The notes beneath the pieces are model-generated. The model was not told the origin of the DNA, made no database searches, and saw only the letters and a program-made list of their open reading frames with translations. 64,000 nucleotides of DNA, from the NCBI RefSeq assembly GCF_964355755.1, contig NC_092679.1, positions 23,667,432 to 23,731,431 on the forward strand. Reading direction: 5' to 3'. Below, in pieces: positions 12,138-24,567 of this stretch. The number at the start of each line of letters is the position of its first letter. Within the stretch, counting starts at the first letter, position 1. The DNA comes from Antedon mediterranea (Eukaryota; Animalia; Echinodermata). Made by a program: the position numbers and the translations under genes.

Positions 12138-15100
12138 AAAAAAGTAAAAACTTTATATGTGTACGAGTGGGAAAGTTATAATTTGTAATCTGAAAACATA
12201 ATTTGACTTAATGTCAGATGTTTTAAAAACTCAATTTGTTCAAATCAATCCGCTTGTTTGAGGCGTTTTGATAGGCTAGTCTATTATACTATAGGGAGCA
12301 ATATCATCCGTTTGGCTATTTTTTATCCCAGTAAAGTGGTACGGCCCTGCATGATTAACTAAGCACCACTGTCTTAAGCCTGTTTTTCAGCCAACGTTAT
12401 TCGACGACGCTATCATCGTTGATCGTTAAAAGTTAACTTAAGTAATATACTCACAGTTCTTTCAATGCTGTCAAATCAGCAAATGCATTGGCTGGCAATG
12501 TAACTATTTGGTTAAAGCTCAAATTCCTTTATAGATAGAATGCAATTACAATTAATTATACATCATTATAATGTGATATATATTTACTACAAAATAAAAA
12601 TTACTACAAAAATTTACCTAATTATATTTTCGCTGAACGACACGAAATCAAAGAAAAACAGTTATTTTGTAGAGTTTTATCTAATATATCTCTGTTATTA
12701 TTTAATGTTATGACCGTTTTGTTATTGTTATGCCTAAGTAATTACCTACAATGTCATGTTATTTATATTTTTTAGTGTTTGAAACATCGTCGGCATTTAA
12801 ATTTTAAAGTAAGATGATCAAAAAATCAATCAATTTTTCGATTTCAATTTCTATTTAGATGATCCCAAAATCGTGCTATCTTAAAGTAGACAAAAACGTC
12901 TATAACCTTTGACTTGGTCCACCATGCATGCCACAACTGAAAAAGTCTCAAGTGAACTGAAACTACTTTTCCAAAAACTTTATTTGTGTACGAGTGGGGA
13001 AGTTATAATTTGTAATCTGAAAACATAATTTGACTTATTGTCAGGTGTTTCGATACACGAGTAGTTTTAAAACCCAATTTGTTCAAATCAATCCGCTTGT
13101 TTGAAGCGTTTTGATAGGCTATTCTATTATACTATAGGGAGCAATCTCACCCGTTAGGCTATTTTTTATCCCAGTAAAGTGGTAAGGCCCTGCATGGTTA
13201 ACTAAGCACCACTGTCTTAAGCCTGTTTTCCATCCAACGTTGTTCGACGACGCTATCATCGTTGATCGTTAAAAGTTAAAATAAGTACAGTAATAAACTC
13301 ACAAACTTTCAATGTCAAATCAGCAAATGCATTGGCTGGCAAAGTACCTATTTGGTTATTGTACTAATACCGTTAAAAAAAGAATGGAAACGAGTGGAAC
13401 CAAGATCATCCCGACAAGGGGGATATGTAACAAGCGAAGCGAGCATGGTCACTTAGTTGATACTAGGGCCACAGTTGAGGGTCCTGGGGAAGAATGACGT
13501 TCAGAGTATTTAATTTGAGGCCATTGTAATATACTCACAGTTCTTCCAAGGCTGTCAAATCAGCAAATGCATTGGCTGGCAATGTAACTATTTGGTTATG
13601 GCCCAAATCCCTTTAAAAAAAGAATGCAAACGTAGAATACAACTGTACATTATATTAATGTGATAAATATTTACTAAAAAATACAAATTACTACAACAAC
13701 TTACTTATTTCATTATATTATTTCCGCTGAACGACACGAAATCACAAAAAAAACTGTTTATTTTATGTTTTTTTTAATGTATCTGTGTGTTATTATTTGA
13801 CCAATGTTTATGACTGTTTTGTTATTGTTATGCCTAATTAATTACCTACAATGTTTTGTTATTTTTATTTGTTTAGTGTTGAAACATCGTCTGCATTGAC
13901 GTTTTAAAGTAAGATGATCCCAAAATCGTCCTATTATTATTATTATTATTATTATTTATTGCCAAAAACCAGATACAAACAAACAAAAACACAGACTATT
14001 GTTGTGACGTCTATACGTGATGGCTAAGCATAACACTATATTAAAGTAGACATGTTCGTAACATTTTCTTATCTTGAAAACAAAAACGTCTATAACATTT
14101 GGCCTAGTACACCATGCTATAACTGACCAATCAGGCTTTCTAATTACCTAGTGTTAAAGGATAGGAGACAATTTGTGGTCTGGTACTGAGTCTCAAGTAA
14201 ACTGGAACTACTTATCCAAAAAATGTATTTGTGTACAAGTGAGAAAGTTATAATTTGTAATCTGAAAACATAATTTGACTTAATCTCAGGTGTTTCGATA
14301 CACGAGTAGGTGGGATTAAAGGGCCGTTTTAATAATTAAAAAAGGGTTATTTAAAATACTCACCGTATTTTCAATGCTGTTAAATCAACAAAATGCATTG
14401 CTGACAATGTAACAATTTGGTTATCGTACTAATATCGTTAAAAAAGAATGCAAAACTAACAATTAGCAGTGGTACCAGGTTCTTCCCGACAAGGGGGATA
14501 TGCAACAAGCGAAGCGAACATCATCACTTTGTTGGTACTAAGGCCCGGGATAGAATGACCTTCAGCGTATTTAATTTGAGGCAATTTTAATGAATAAAAT
14601 AAGTTAACCTAATATACTCACAGATATGTCAATGCTGACAAATCAGCAAATGCACTGGCTGGCAATGTATTTATTTGGTTATGGCTCAAATCTCTTTAAA
14701 AAAAGAATGCAAACGTAAACATGAGCGGTGGTACCAGGATCGTCCCGACAAGGGGGATATGCAACAAGCGAAGCGAGCACCATCACTTGGTTGGTGCTAG
14801 GGCCACAGTTTGGGGATGATCCAGCGGAAGAATGATGTTCAGGGTATTTTTAGTTCGGAACATGTTATTATCCTGAAAACAAAAACCTGACCTGGTACAC
14901 CATGCTACAACTGACCAATCAGGCTTTCTAATGACCTAGTGTTAAAGGATAGGAGACAATTTGTGTACGACGAGTGGAAAAGTTATAATTTGTAATCTGA
15001 AAACATAATTTGACTTATTGTTCAGGTATTTCGATACACGAGTATTTTTAAAAACCCAATTTGTTCAAATCTATCCGCTTGTTTGAGGCGTTTTGATAGG

Positions 15101-16804
15101 CTCGTCTATTATACTATAGGGAGCAATTTCACCCGTTTGGCTATTTTTTATCCAGTAAAGTGGTACGGCCCTGCATGGTTAACTAAGCACCACTGTCTTA
15201 AGCCTGTTTTCCAGCCAACGTTATTCGACGACGCTATCATCGTTGATTGTTAAAAGTTAACATAAGTACTGTAATAAACTCGCAGATTTTCCAATGCTGT
15301 CAGATCAGCAAACGCATTCGCTGACAATGTAACAATTTATTTATCGTACAAATATCGTTAGCGATGGTATCAGCACAGTCCTAGGTTCAATGGACCTACG
15401 GTTTATAGTCCTATATCTGAGCGCCATATTATCCACCATAACCATGGTGGAGCGTGTGAGTCTCGAACCCTTGCATATATTCACCATTTTTATCGTTTTT
15501 AACATTTTTGTCGTTGTTACAATTATTGCTATTGTTTTTCCATGTTTTACTATTGATAGCCATTTTTAACAATTCGTCATTATTGTTGATACCAATAATA
15601 ATAGGTTTGTAATGTTGAAAAAATTGCTCTGCATACCATATTCACAGCAAATTTTGAAATACTTATATCGATAGATAATAAAACTTATATAAACGCTGAT
15701 AATAAAACTTAAATTACAAACAAATTGTGGTTTGTCTAACAAAATCTGTTGATATATATTTTAAGGTAAGCCTTATAATATCAACAGTGATAGGCCTACT
15801 TACAATCGTGTTACCGTATTCTTTGTATTGAACTCAACGAGCTGTGCGTGTACAATTGTATTCCATCTAGAACATGATATACTCCAACCACTGTACCACA
15901 ACCGATAGGTATGATTAGTGCAACTGCAATGTGTTGGACATACACCTACGTTTAATAAAGACAAATAGAATTTGTTACATTAACCATTATAAGAAAACGC
16001 TATAATAATATTTCTGTTTTTTTTAAATATTTTAGATAACAGACAAATGCACAGAAAGTACTCAGGAATTACCCCGCCCCTAGTCTAGGTTTAAGACTGT
16101 GTTTCGATTTAATATTAGCAAAAAGATATATATTTTGGCACATATGGCGTTTCATACGTAAACTACTTTAGCTCACAACCAACATTCTAGTAATATTTAT
16201 AAACAAAACTTATAATTTCTCAGAACTCGGTGTTAAATCATGGATCAAGGAATGGAAGGATATGTATCGACGGTGACATCTAAAGCCCGGCGCACACTAG
16301 AGCTTTCGGCTGAGCCAACTGGCACGAGCAAAGATTATATAGCGCCGCGTAGCGGCGCAAGATAGGTAACTGTTGCCAAGCTCCTATCTTATAACACTAC
16401 GCGCCCAGTAAATCCATGGACGCCATTCGGGCGGACAGGGAGCTATATTTCCTATACCATCCTGGCTAGTTGAGAATTCTCAACTATTTTATGTTTTTTT
16501 CTACCTTTCTGGAAAATGATATAATCCAAATTGTATTAATACTACCAGTAATAAATATTTAGAAACACTTGCATACCTTCACTAATTTTAGTTGTTTGTA
16601 GTTTAAGACAATCTTAGTGATATTTAAATGAAAACAATACGATAAAAACTATTGTGTCTGTATTTTACAAGACTATGAATTCCGTATAACGTGCATTGTG
16701 GGTACTTCAATTTTTATAGAAAAGCTAGGGAATCCTAATTTAGTAGGCAACATATGGGGGCGGGGCAACCAAACTTGCTTATCAAATCAAAGCACAGTAA
16801 AGCA

Positions 16805-18490
16805 AAGGATAAAATTAATGTACGATCCAGTTTACCACTGTTCTCGACTATAGTCATTTTGGTATACTTGAGCACAGTGATAAAGAATAGGATAAACTTA
16901 ACAATATACAACAAATAGCATTAATGTACGATCCAGTTTAACACTGTTCTCAACTATAGTCATTTTGGATACTTGAGAACAGTGATAAAGAATAGGATAA
17001 ACTTAACATTATACAACAAATAAAATTAATGTATGATCCCGTTTAACACTGTTCTCAACTATAGTCATTTTGGTATACTTGAGCACAGTGATAAAGAATA
17101 GGATAAACTTAACAATATACAACACATAACATTAATGTACGATGTAGTTAAACACTGTTCTCAACTATAGTCATTTTGGTATACTTGAGCACAGTGATAA
17201 AGAATAGGATAAACTTAACAATATACAACATATAACATTAATGTACGATTCCGTTTAACACTGTTCTCAACTATAGTCATTTTGGTATACTTGAGCACAG
17301 TGATAAAGAATAGGATAAACTTAATAATATACAACAAATAGCATTAATGTACGATCCAGTTTAACACTGTTCTCAACTATAGTCATTTTGAAATACTTGA
17401 GCACAGTGATAAAGAATAGGATAAACTTAATAATATACAACAAATAACATTAATGTACGATCCAGTTTAACACTGTTCTCAACTATAGTCATTTTGGTAT
17501 ACTTAAGCACAGTGATAAAGAATAGGATAAACTTAATAATATACAACAAATAGCATTAATGTACGATCCAGTTTAACACTGTTCTCAACTATAGTCATTT
17601 TGGTATACTTGAGAACAGTGATAAAGAATAGGATAAACTTAACAATATACAACAAAAAACATTAATGTACGATCCAGTTTAACACTGTTCTCAACTATAG
17701 TCATTTTGGTATACTTGAGCACAGTGATAAAGAATAGGATAAACTTAAAAATATACAACAAAAAACATTAATGTACGATCCAGTTTAACACTGTTCTCAA
17801 CTATAGTCATTTTGGTATACTTGAGAACAGTGATAAAGAATAGGATAAACTTAACAATATACAACAAAAAACATTAATGTACGATCCAGTTTAACACTGT
17901 TCTCAACTATAGTCATTTTGGTATACTTGAGCACAGTGATAAAGAATAGGATAAACTTAACAATATACAACAAATAGCATTAATGTACGATCCAGTTTAA
18001 CACTGTTCTCAACTATAGTCATTTTGGATACTTGAGAACAGTGATAAAGAATATGATAAACTTAACATTATACAACAAATAACATTAATGTATGATCCCG
18101 TTTAACACTGTTCTCGACTATAGTCATTTTGGTATACTTGAGCACAGTGATAAAGAATAGGATAAACTTAACAATATACAACAAATAACATTAATGTGTA
18201 CGATCCAGTTTAACCCTGTTCTAAACTATAGTCATTTTGGTATACTTGAGCACAGTGATAAAGAATAGGATAAACTTAACAATATACAACAAATAACATT
18301 AATGTACGATCCAGTTTAACACTGTTCTCAACTATAGTCATTTTGGTATATTTGAGCACAGTGATAAAGAATAGGATAAACTTCGAATAAACAGCAAATA
18401 ACATTAATGTAAGATGCCGTTTAATACTGTTTTAAACTATAGTCATTTGAGTATAATTAATCACAGATAAAGAATAAGATCAACTTTAAT
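16805..18490 (+). repeat. 106-bp tandem satellite, about 15-16 copies
   Basis: Unit ATTAATGTACGATCCAGTTTAACACTGTTCTCAACTATAGTCATTTTGGTATACTTGAGCACAGTGATAAAGAATAGGATAAACTTAAC...; period 106 (ACGATCC at 17351, 17457, 17563). Confidence 0.95.
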
Positions 18491-18569
18491 ACTATTTATT
18501 AAATAAAAAAAACTAATTCTATATTAACACATATTATTTACATATACTTTCACTGCTGATTTCTAGTAT

Positions 18570-18685
18570 AAACAGGCCATAGGCCTATACATGGCTGCAG
18601 TCGCGTGCTCAAATTTGAGTTGGTGTTTACCGACCGACCGATCGACATAGTGAGCTGTAGAGTCGCGTTTGCACGCTACTAAAAA
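18570..18685 (-). mobile_element. Helentron-associated HINE/DINE-1-like short element
   Basis: Reverse copy of 42400-42505: AGTCGCGTGC..CGCGACT inverted motif, (CGGT)n microsatellite, 3' end GGCC(T)TGTT. Confidence 0.65.
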
Positions 18686-18919
18686 GTTCACAAAAACCGT
18701 AGGACGGGCACAGGGAAGTTTGTTCGAGACTCCAACCCCTCCCCTGGCTATGCGTTTAGATTTTTCATGCCTCCTTTACAAACCAAGATTATTAGAATAC
18801 TATTAGGAGGATCAAACACAATTCTTGTTGCCAGATTTCATTGACATTACAGGTATGAAGTCTATCAATATACAGTACCGCTTAATACAATACTTGTTGA
18901 GGCCTATCCATCTATACAT

Positions 18920-20260
18920 TTTAGTGTTATTCCACTTTAAAAAAGTCGATTTATATCAATACTCATCAACATACGATATAACGATAGAATTTATTGGAAC
19001 TTGTCCATGTCGTATTCATCTACAAATAAAGTGTCTATTACCGTACTTTTATAAATCTATTTATATCAATACCTATCAACGTATGTACGTGTGCATATTA
19101 TATATACAAAAATATATACATCAACATAAATGTCATATCATCTACAGTCATTAGTGTTATTTCACTTTTAATATTAGTAAATCCAAAGGCAAAATACTGA
19201 AATAATAACAATGCTGTGGTCTCAATGGAGATACAAAAAAAGAAGCGAAAAGCTAAATCAAAACGATAAAGTAAAACAGCCAGAAAAGTTAGCAGAGTTT
19301 TCGGGCAACACTAGCCCTTCATCAGTGCAAGTGAGGGTACTTGTACAAGATAGTGTTATTTAACGTTTAGTCGATTTATATCAATACACTCATCAACATA
19401 TGTACGTGCAATTCACGTCTACAATCAATAGTGTTAATTCCTCTTTTAAAAGTCGATTTATATCAATATACTCATCAACATATGTACGTGTCCACGTCAT
19501 ATTCATCTATAAATATTAGTGTTATTTCACTTTTAAAAGTCGATTTATCAATATACTCATCAATAAATGTACTTGTCCACGTCATATTCATTTACAAATC
19601 AGTGTTATTTCACTTTTCGAAGTCAATTATATCAATATAGGCCTACTCATCAACATATGTACGTGCAATTCACGTCATATTCATATATGATCAATAGTGT
19701 ACAACTAATAGGATTATTTCACTTTTAAAAGTCGATTTATATCAATATACTCATCAATAAATGTACTTGTCCACGTCATATTCATCTACAATCAATAGTG
19801 TTATTTCACTTTTAAAAGTCGATTTATATCAATATACTCATCAACATTATGTACCGTACGTGTCCACGTCATATTCATCTACAAATATTAGTGTTATTTC
19901 ACTTTTAAAAGTCGATTTATATCAATATACTCATCAACATATGTAAATCGTGTCCAAGTCATATTCATCTACAAATATTAGTGTTAATTTGACTTTTAAA
20001 AGTCGATTTATATCAATATACTAATCAATATATGTACGTGTCCACGTCATATTCATCTACAAATATTAATGTTATTTCACTTTTCAAAGTCGATTTATAT
20101 AAATATACTACTCATCAACATTATGTACGTGCAATTCACGTCATATTTATCTACAATCATTTGTGTTAATTCCACTTTTAAAAGTCAATTTATATCAATT
20201 ACTTATGAACATATGTATGTGTCCGCGTCATTCATCTACAAATATTATAGTGTTATTATG
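18920..20260 (+). repeat. Second tandem repeat, about 85-90 bp unit, between the inverted satellite arms
   Basis: Unit TAGTGTTATTTCACTTTTAAAAGTCGATTTATATCAATATACTCATCAACATATGTACGTGTCCACGTCATATTCATCTACAA; interrupted at about 19170-19350. Confidence 0.9.
19292..19329 (-). ncRNA. Minimal hammerhead-ribozyme motif of Penelope-like retroelement type, possibly degenerate
   Basis: The minus strand reads TGCA-CTGATGA-A-GGGC-TAGTGTT-GCCC-GAAA-ACTC-TGC: both core boxes, a 4-bp stem II and a GCA/TGC stem I. It sits in an approximately 180-bp insertion (19170-19350). Confidence 0.55.
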
Positions 20261-20269
20261 TTTTTCATA

Positions 20270-21935
20270 TTATCACTGTGCTCAAGTATATGAAAATGAC
20301 TATAGTTGAGAACAGTGTTAAACAGAATCGTGTACATTAATGTTATTTGTTGTATATTGTGCTCAAGTATACCAAAATGACTATAGTTGAGAACAGTGGT
20401 AAACGGGATCGTACATTAATGTTTTTTGTTGTATATTGTTAAGTTTATCCTATTCTTTATCACTGTGCTCAAGTATACCAAAATGACTATAGTTGAGAAC
20501 AGTGGTAAACTGGATCGTACATTAATGTTATTTGTTGTATATTATTAAGTTTATCCTATTCTTTATCACTGTGCTCAAGTATACCAAAATGACTATAGTT
20601 GAGAACAGTGTTAAACGGGATCGTACATTAATGTTTTTTGTTGTATATTGTTAAGTTTATCCTATTCTTTATCACTGTGCTCAAGTATACCAAAATGACT
20701 ATAGTCGAGAACAGTGTTAAACGGGATCGTACATTAATGTACGTTTTTTGTTGTATATTGTTAAGTTTATCCTATTCTTTATCACTGTTCTCAAGTATAC
20801 CAAAATAACTATAGTTGAGAACAGTATTAAACTGGATCGTACATTAATGTTTTTTGTTGTATATTTTTAAGTTTATCCTATTCTTTATCACTGTGCTCAA
20901 GTATACCAAAATGACTATAGTTGAGAACAGTGTTAAACTGGATCGTACATTAATGTTTTTTTGTTGTATATTGTTAAGTTTATCCTATTCTTTATCACTG
21001 TTCTCAAGTATACCAAAATAACTATAGTTGAGAACAGTGTTAAACTGGATCGTACATTAATGTTTTTGTTGTATATTTTTAAGTTTATCCTATTCTTTAT
21101 CACTGTGCTCAAGTATACCAAAATGACTATAGTTGAGAACAGTGTTAAACTGGATCGGACATTAATGTTTTTTGTTGTATATTTTTAAGTTTATCCTATT
21201 CTTTATCACTGTGCTCAAGTATACCAAAATGACTATAGTTGAGAACAGTGGTAAACTGGATCGTACATTAATGTTATTTGTTGTATATTATTAAGTTTAT
21301 CCTATTCTTTATCACTGTGCTCAAGTATACCAAAATGACTATAGTTGAGAACAGTGTTAAACGGGATCGTACATTAATGTTTTTTGTTGTATATTGTTAA
21401 GTTTATCCTATTCTTTATCACTGTTCTCAAGTATACCAAAATGACTATAGTTGAGAACAGTGTTAAACTGGATCGTACATTAATGTTTTTTGTTGTATAT
21501 TGTTAAGTTTATCCTATTCTTTATAACTGTTCTCAAGTATACCAAAATGACTATAGTTGAGAACAGTGTTAAACTGGATCGTACATTAATGTTTTTTGTT
21601 GTATATTGTTAAGTTTATCCTATTCTTTATCACTGTGCTCAAGTATACCAAAATGACTATAGTTGAGAACAGTGTTAAACGGGATCGTACATTGTTGTTG
21701 TATATTGTTAAGTTTATCCTATTCTTTATCACTGTGCTCAAGTATACCAAAATGACTATAGTTGAGAACAGTGTTAAACGGGATCGTACATTAATGTTAT
21801 TTGTTGTATATTGTTAAGTTTATCCTATTCTTTATCAATGTGCTCAAGTATACCAAAATGACTATAGTTGAGAACAGTGTTAAACTACATCGTACATTAA
21901 TGTTATTTGTTGTATATTGTTAAGTGTATTCTTTA
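20270..21935 (-). repeat. 106-bp tandem satellite in inverted orientation, about 15-16 copies
   Basis: Reverse complement of the 16805-18490 unit (TATCACTGTGCTCAAGTATACCAAAATGACTATAGTTGAGAACAGTGTTAAAC...). Confidence 0.95.
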
Positions 21936-23236
21936 TTCTTATTAATTGTACTAAATTATTAAAAGAAACAGTAGTAAGCATAACATTTCCCCACTCCTAC
22001 ATTAGCATGGTAGGACATTGTAATGGTCGCAGGTGGCTCAACTTTATTACTGCAATGGGATGGACATGGTCCTACTACCACCTTACCATCCAATAGGATT
22101 CCAGTAAATTTCCTTTACTACCAATCATAATTCAGTAATTAAATGACCCCTTAAGTTAACAAGGAAATCAGCCTATCCCATTATACCGGTAGGCTTCGTC
22201 GTTACAGGCGTACTGCGGTAATAGTTGAGAATTCTCAACTAGCCAATTTGGTATATTTTATATACCTGGGACAGGTTATTATTGTGATTTAAATGTAAAT
22301 GGTTTAAATTTTGCGGTCCGCCTCGAAGTATCTGTGGTTAACCATCTCTATGATTGCTTCATGGAAAAGGGAAGGAATTATGTAAACAAATAAAAAATAA
22401 AAGTTTCTTTGGGATGGACACTTTCCGATTAATTCTGTGTGTTTACATTGATATGTTTGGTTAGACAAATTCGTTCTTTAACCGAAACATCGTGGATATT
22501 GCCTTGACAACGACTTTATTCCGGTTCAAACTTGTCCGCCGGAATGGCGTCCATGGATTACAAAGGTCTCACCCAGTTACCTATCTTGCGCCGCGTAGCG
22601 GCGCTATACAATCTTTGGCACGAGTAACACTTGGCTCACTAAAAAATTTGCCGCAAACTGTGATCGCGTTCTATTGGACGCACACTAAACGCCTCCAGTA
22701 CGCGATTTTCTGATTGGATAATTACTTACTACGCTATACGGCACGCGCTGAAATATCATAATAAATCAGAAAATGTCATGCGCAGTGGAATTTTTTAGTG
22801 AGCAGGAAGCTCACGTTCGGCGCACACTTGAGGAAAATGGCACGCGTGCCAAAAAATATTAAACACGATAGATATTTTCCTCAGCGGCACGCGTGGCCAA
22901 TTCCTCACGAAATCCCCGGCGCACACTGTGAGGCAAGTGTTACTCGTGGCAGTTGGCTCAGCCGAAAGCTCTAGTGTGCGCCGGGCTTAACGATTTTCCA
23001 ACGCGCTTACTCCGTGTCTCTAACCGCGGCCCTCTACAGAACGCTGCGAATCAACTGTTACATTTTTTAAGAATAAAAAGTAGCCATGTAGAAATCGTAT
23101 GCGCAGTCTGATTGTTCTATTAACATGCGTGCGTCGATGATTAATTGACAACAACAATATATTGCTGAACAATTCTCTTTTAATCTCATCACAATCGGAG
23201 TACGAAAAGTAATTTTAAGTAGTTGGTGATTGTTAA

Positions 23237-23413
23237 AGCGTGTTCCCACTAGCGACGCAACACAAGGACGTAACGCAACGCAAGTGAAATGACAAATCAC
23301 AAGCGATGGCTTATTCGCTTGTGATTGCTAACTGTCTATAACTTCGCTTGTCATTGGTTAAAACGCTTGCGTTGCGTTTACGTCCTTGCGTTACGTTCTG
23401 TGGGGACCAAGCT
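23237..23413. mobile_element. Palindromic PIF/Harbinger-type MITE
   Basis: TAA|AGCGTGTTCCCACT ... GTGGGGACCAAGCT|TAA; the internal arms AAGGACGTAACGCAACGCAAG and CTTGCGTTGCGTTTACGTCCTT are inverted. Confidence 0.65.
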
Positions 23414-23911
23414 TAAGTTTGTCTTTCGTTTTAAAAACGAGCGCTGGAGAGTAGTCAGTGGTGACGTATCGCAACTATACATAGCCAGCCGGATCAGGAA
23501 TCGCAGTTTTGATTCGATTAGGTCCGGTCATTGGCTGAGATGTGAATGACAAAATCACTAGCCAATCACCAGGTAGGACAATTTAAAAGAAAAAAAAAAA
23601 AATATAAAACAAATGTAAATGAAATAAAAAAAAACTCACAAAATAAACGAATCCAAATGGGTGTCGTGTTTTCACAAAATATCAACACCCAAAAAAAAGT
23701 CCGAGCGCAACATTTAATTTTGGACACTTTTTGTGTCCGTAAGCAGCTGTAATTGTATTATTCTATAACTTATTTCATATTCATATTTTATCATGAAAAT
23801 GTTTTAATCTGCCGATTGACTTGAACGTGCACCTCTCATGCTCGTTGTCACTTTATATCCCATATCGAGTATTGCACTTTTATACTTTTATCATCCCATG
23901 CAAATTATTAT

Positions 23912-24567
23912 TAAGGCAGACAAGACCGTGCGGAGCACGGGTTACTGCTAGACCACAATTTAATTACATAAGTAGCAAAAAGCTAACAAATCTCCCACAC
24001 AAAAAAGTTGTAAATATCAAAACCATTGAAATAAAAATAAAATGTAAAAGAATAAAGTTTAACACACACTAACAAAACGATTCCAAATGGTTTTATATAT
24101 TGAAAACAACACTTAACAATTCGTGTTTCCGCAGCAATGTATTTTTCAACGATTTGTTAAACTTTTTTTATTTTATCTGTATGTATAATAATTAATACAC
24201 CACGAAAAAACCCTAAAATAATATAGTTTGGTATTTTATACTTTCATTAGTGTTTGCGTACGTGCATCATCTAATTCACACAGCACAATTTTTCAGTCAA
24301 AAGCTAGCAAAGTATAAAGTTCCATATCCAGTATTGCTTATATTTTTTAGTGTATATATATTCCAAAGTGAAGTGATAGTGTATAACAAAATCAATGGCC
24401 GCCGTAAATACAGCAGTTCTGAATTTTATTCTTGATACAATTTTATTTTATTTTAATAATTTGTCAAAGTACATTTATCAGAGTGCGCTTTTATTATACT
24501 TGCCCATGCAAAGTATATAACCAGATAGGGCAGAAAAAGGCCGTGCGAAGCACGGGTTACTGCTAGT
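23912..24567 (+). mobile_element. Two Helitron-like 3' ends (GC hairpin + CTAG)
   Basis: CCGTGC-G(G/A)A-GCACGG GTTACTG CTAG at about 23926-23951 and 24541-24566. Confidence 0.5.

Larger units (their letters stand above)
1910..15365 (+). repeat. Complex modular repeat family (several 0.3-1 kb modules in direct orientation), interrupted by transposons
   Basis: The module ...GTGTACGAGTGGGAAAGTTATAATTTGTAATCTGAAAACATAATTTGAC recurs near 1965, 6178, 12159, 12986, 14231 and 14963. The module TCAATGCTGTCAAATCAGCAAATGCATTGGCTGGCAATGTAAC recurs more than 10 times. The blocks 1910-3048 plus 5902-6930 are broadly co-linear with 12146-13720. Confidence 0.8.
16455..22253. mobile_element. Innermost TA-flanked TIR element containing inverted satellite arrays (Foldback-like)
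   Basis: TIR TACCA(TCC/AAT)TGGCTAGTTGAGAATTCTCAACTATT at both ends, flanked by TA. The superfamily is uncertain. Confidence 0.7.
16329..22617. mobile_element. P-element-like non-autonomous transposon nested in the left TIR of the Harbinger MITE
   Basis: TIR CAAAGATT(A/G)TATAGCGCCGC...GCGGCGCAAGATAGGTAACTG; 7-bp TSD GCACGAG at 16322-16328 and 22618-22624; subterminal inverted block ATCCATGGACGCCATTC(G/C)GGCGGACA. Confidence 0.75.
16284..22987. mobile_element. PIF/Harbinger-type MITE (about 410 bp of its own sequence) carrying nested insertions
   Basis: TIR AGCCCGGCGCACACTAGAGCTTTCGGCTGAGCCAACTG(G/C)CACGAG at both ends, with TAA TSD at 16281-16283 and 22988-22990. Confidence 0.85.

Noticed and set aside
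15380-15475. tRNA-like B-box (GGGTTCGAGACTC on the minus strand)
   Set aside because: No cloverleaf can be folded; at most a decayed SINE fragment.
20933-21817. Repeating hydrophobic ORFs (LYIVKFILFFITVLKY...)
   Set aside because: Artefacts of the 106-bp satellite.
16805-21935. CRISPR-like regular repeats
   Set aside because: Head-to-tail units with no unique spacers, no cas genes and a eukaryotic context; this is satellite DNA.
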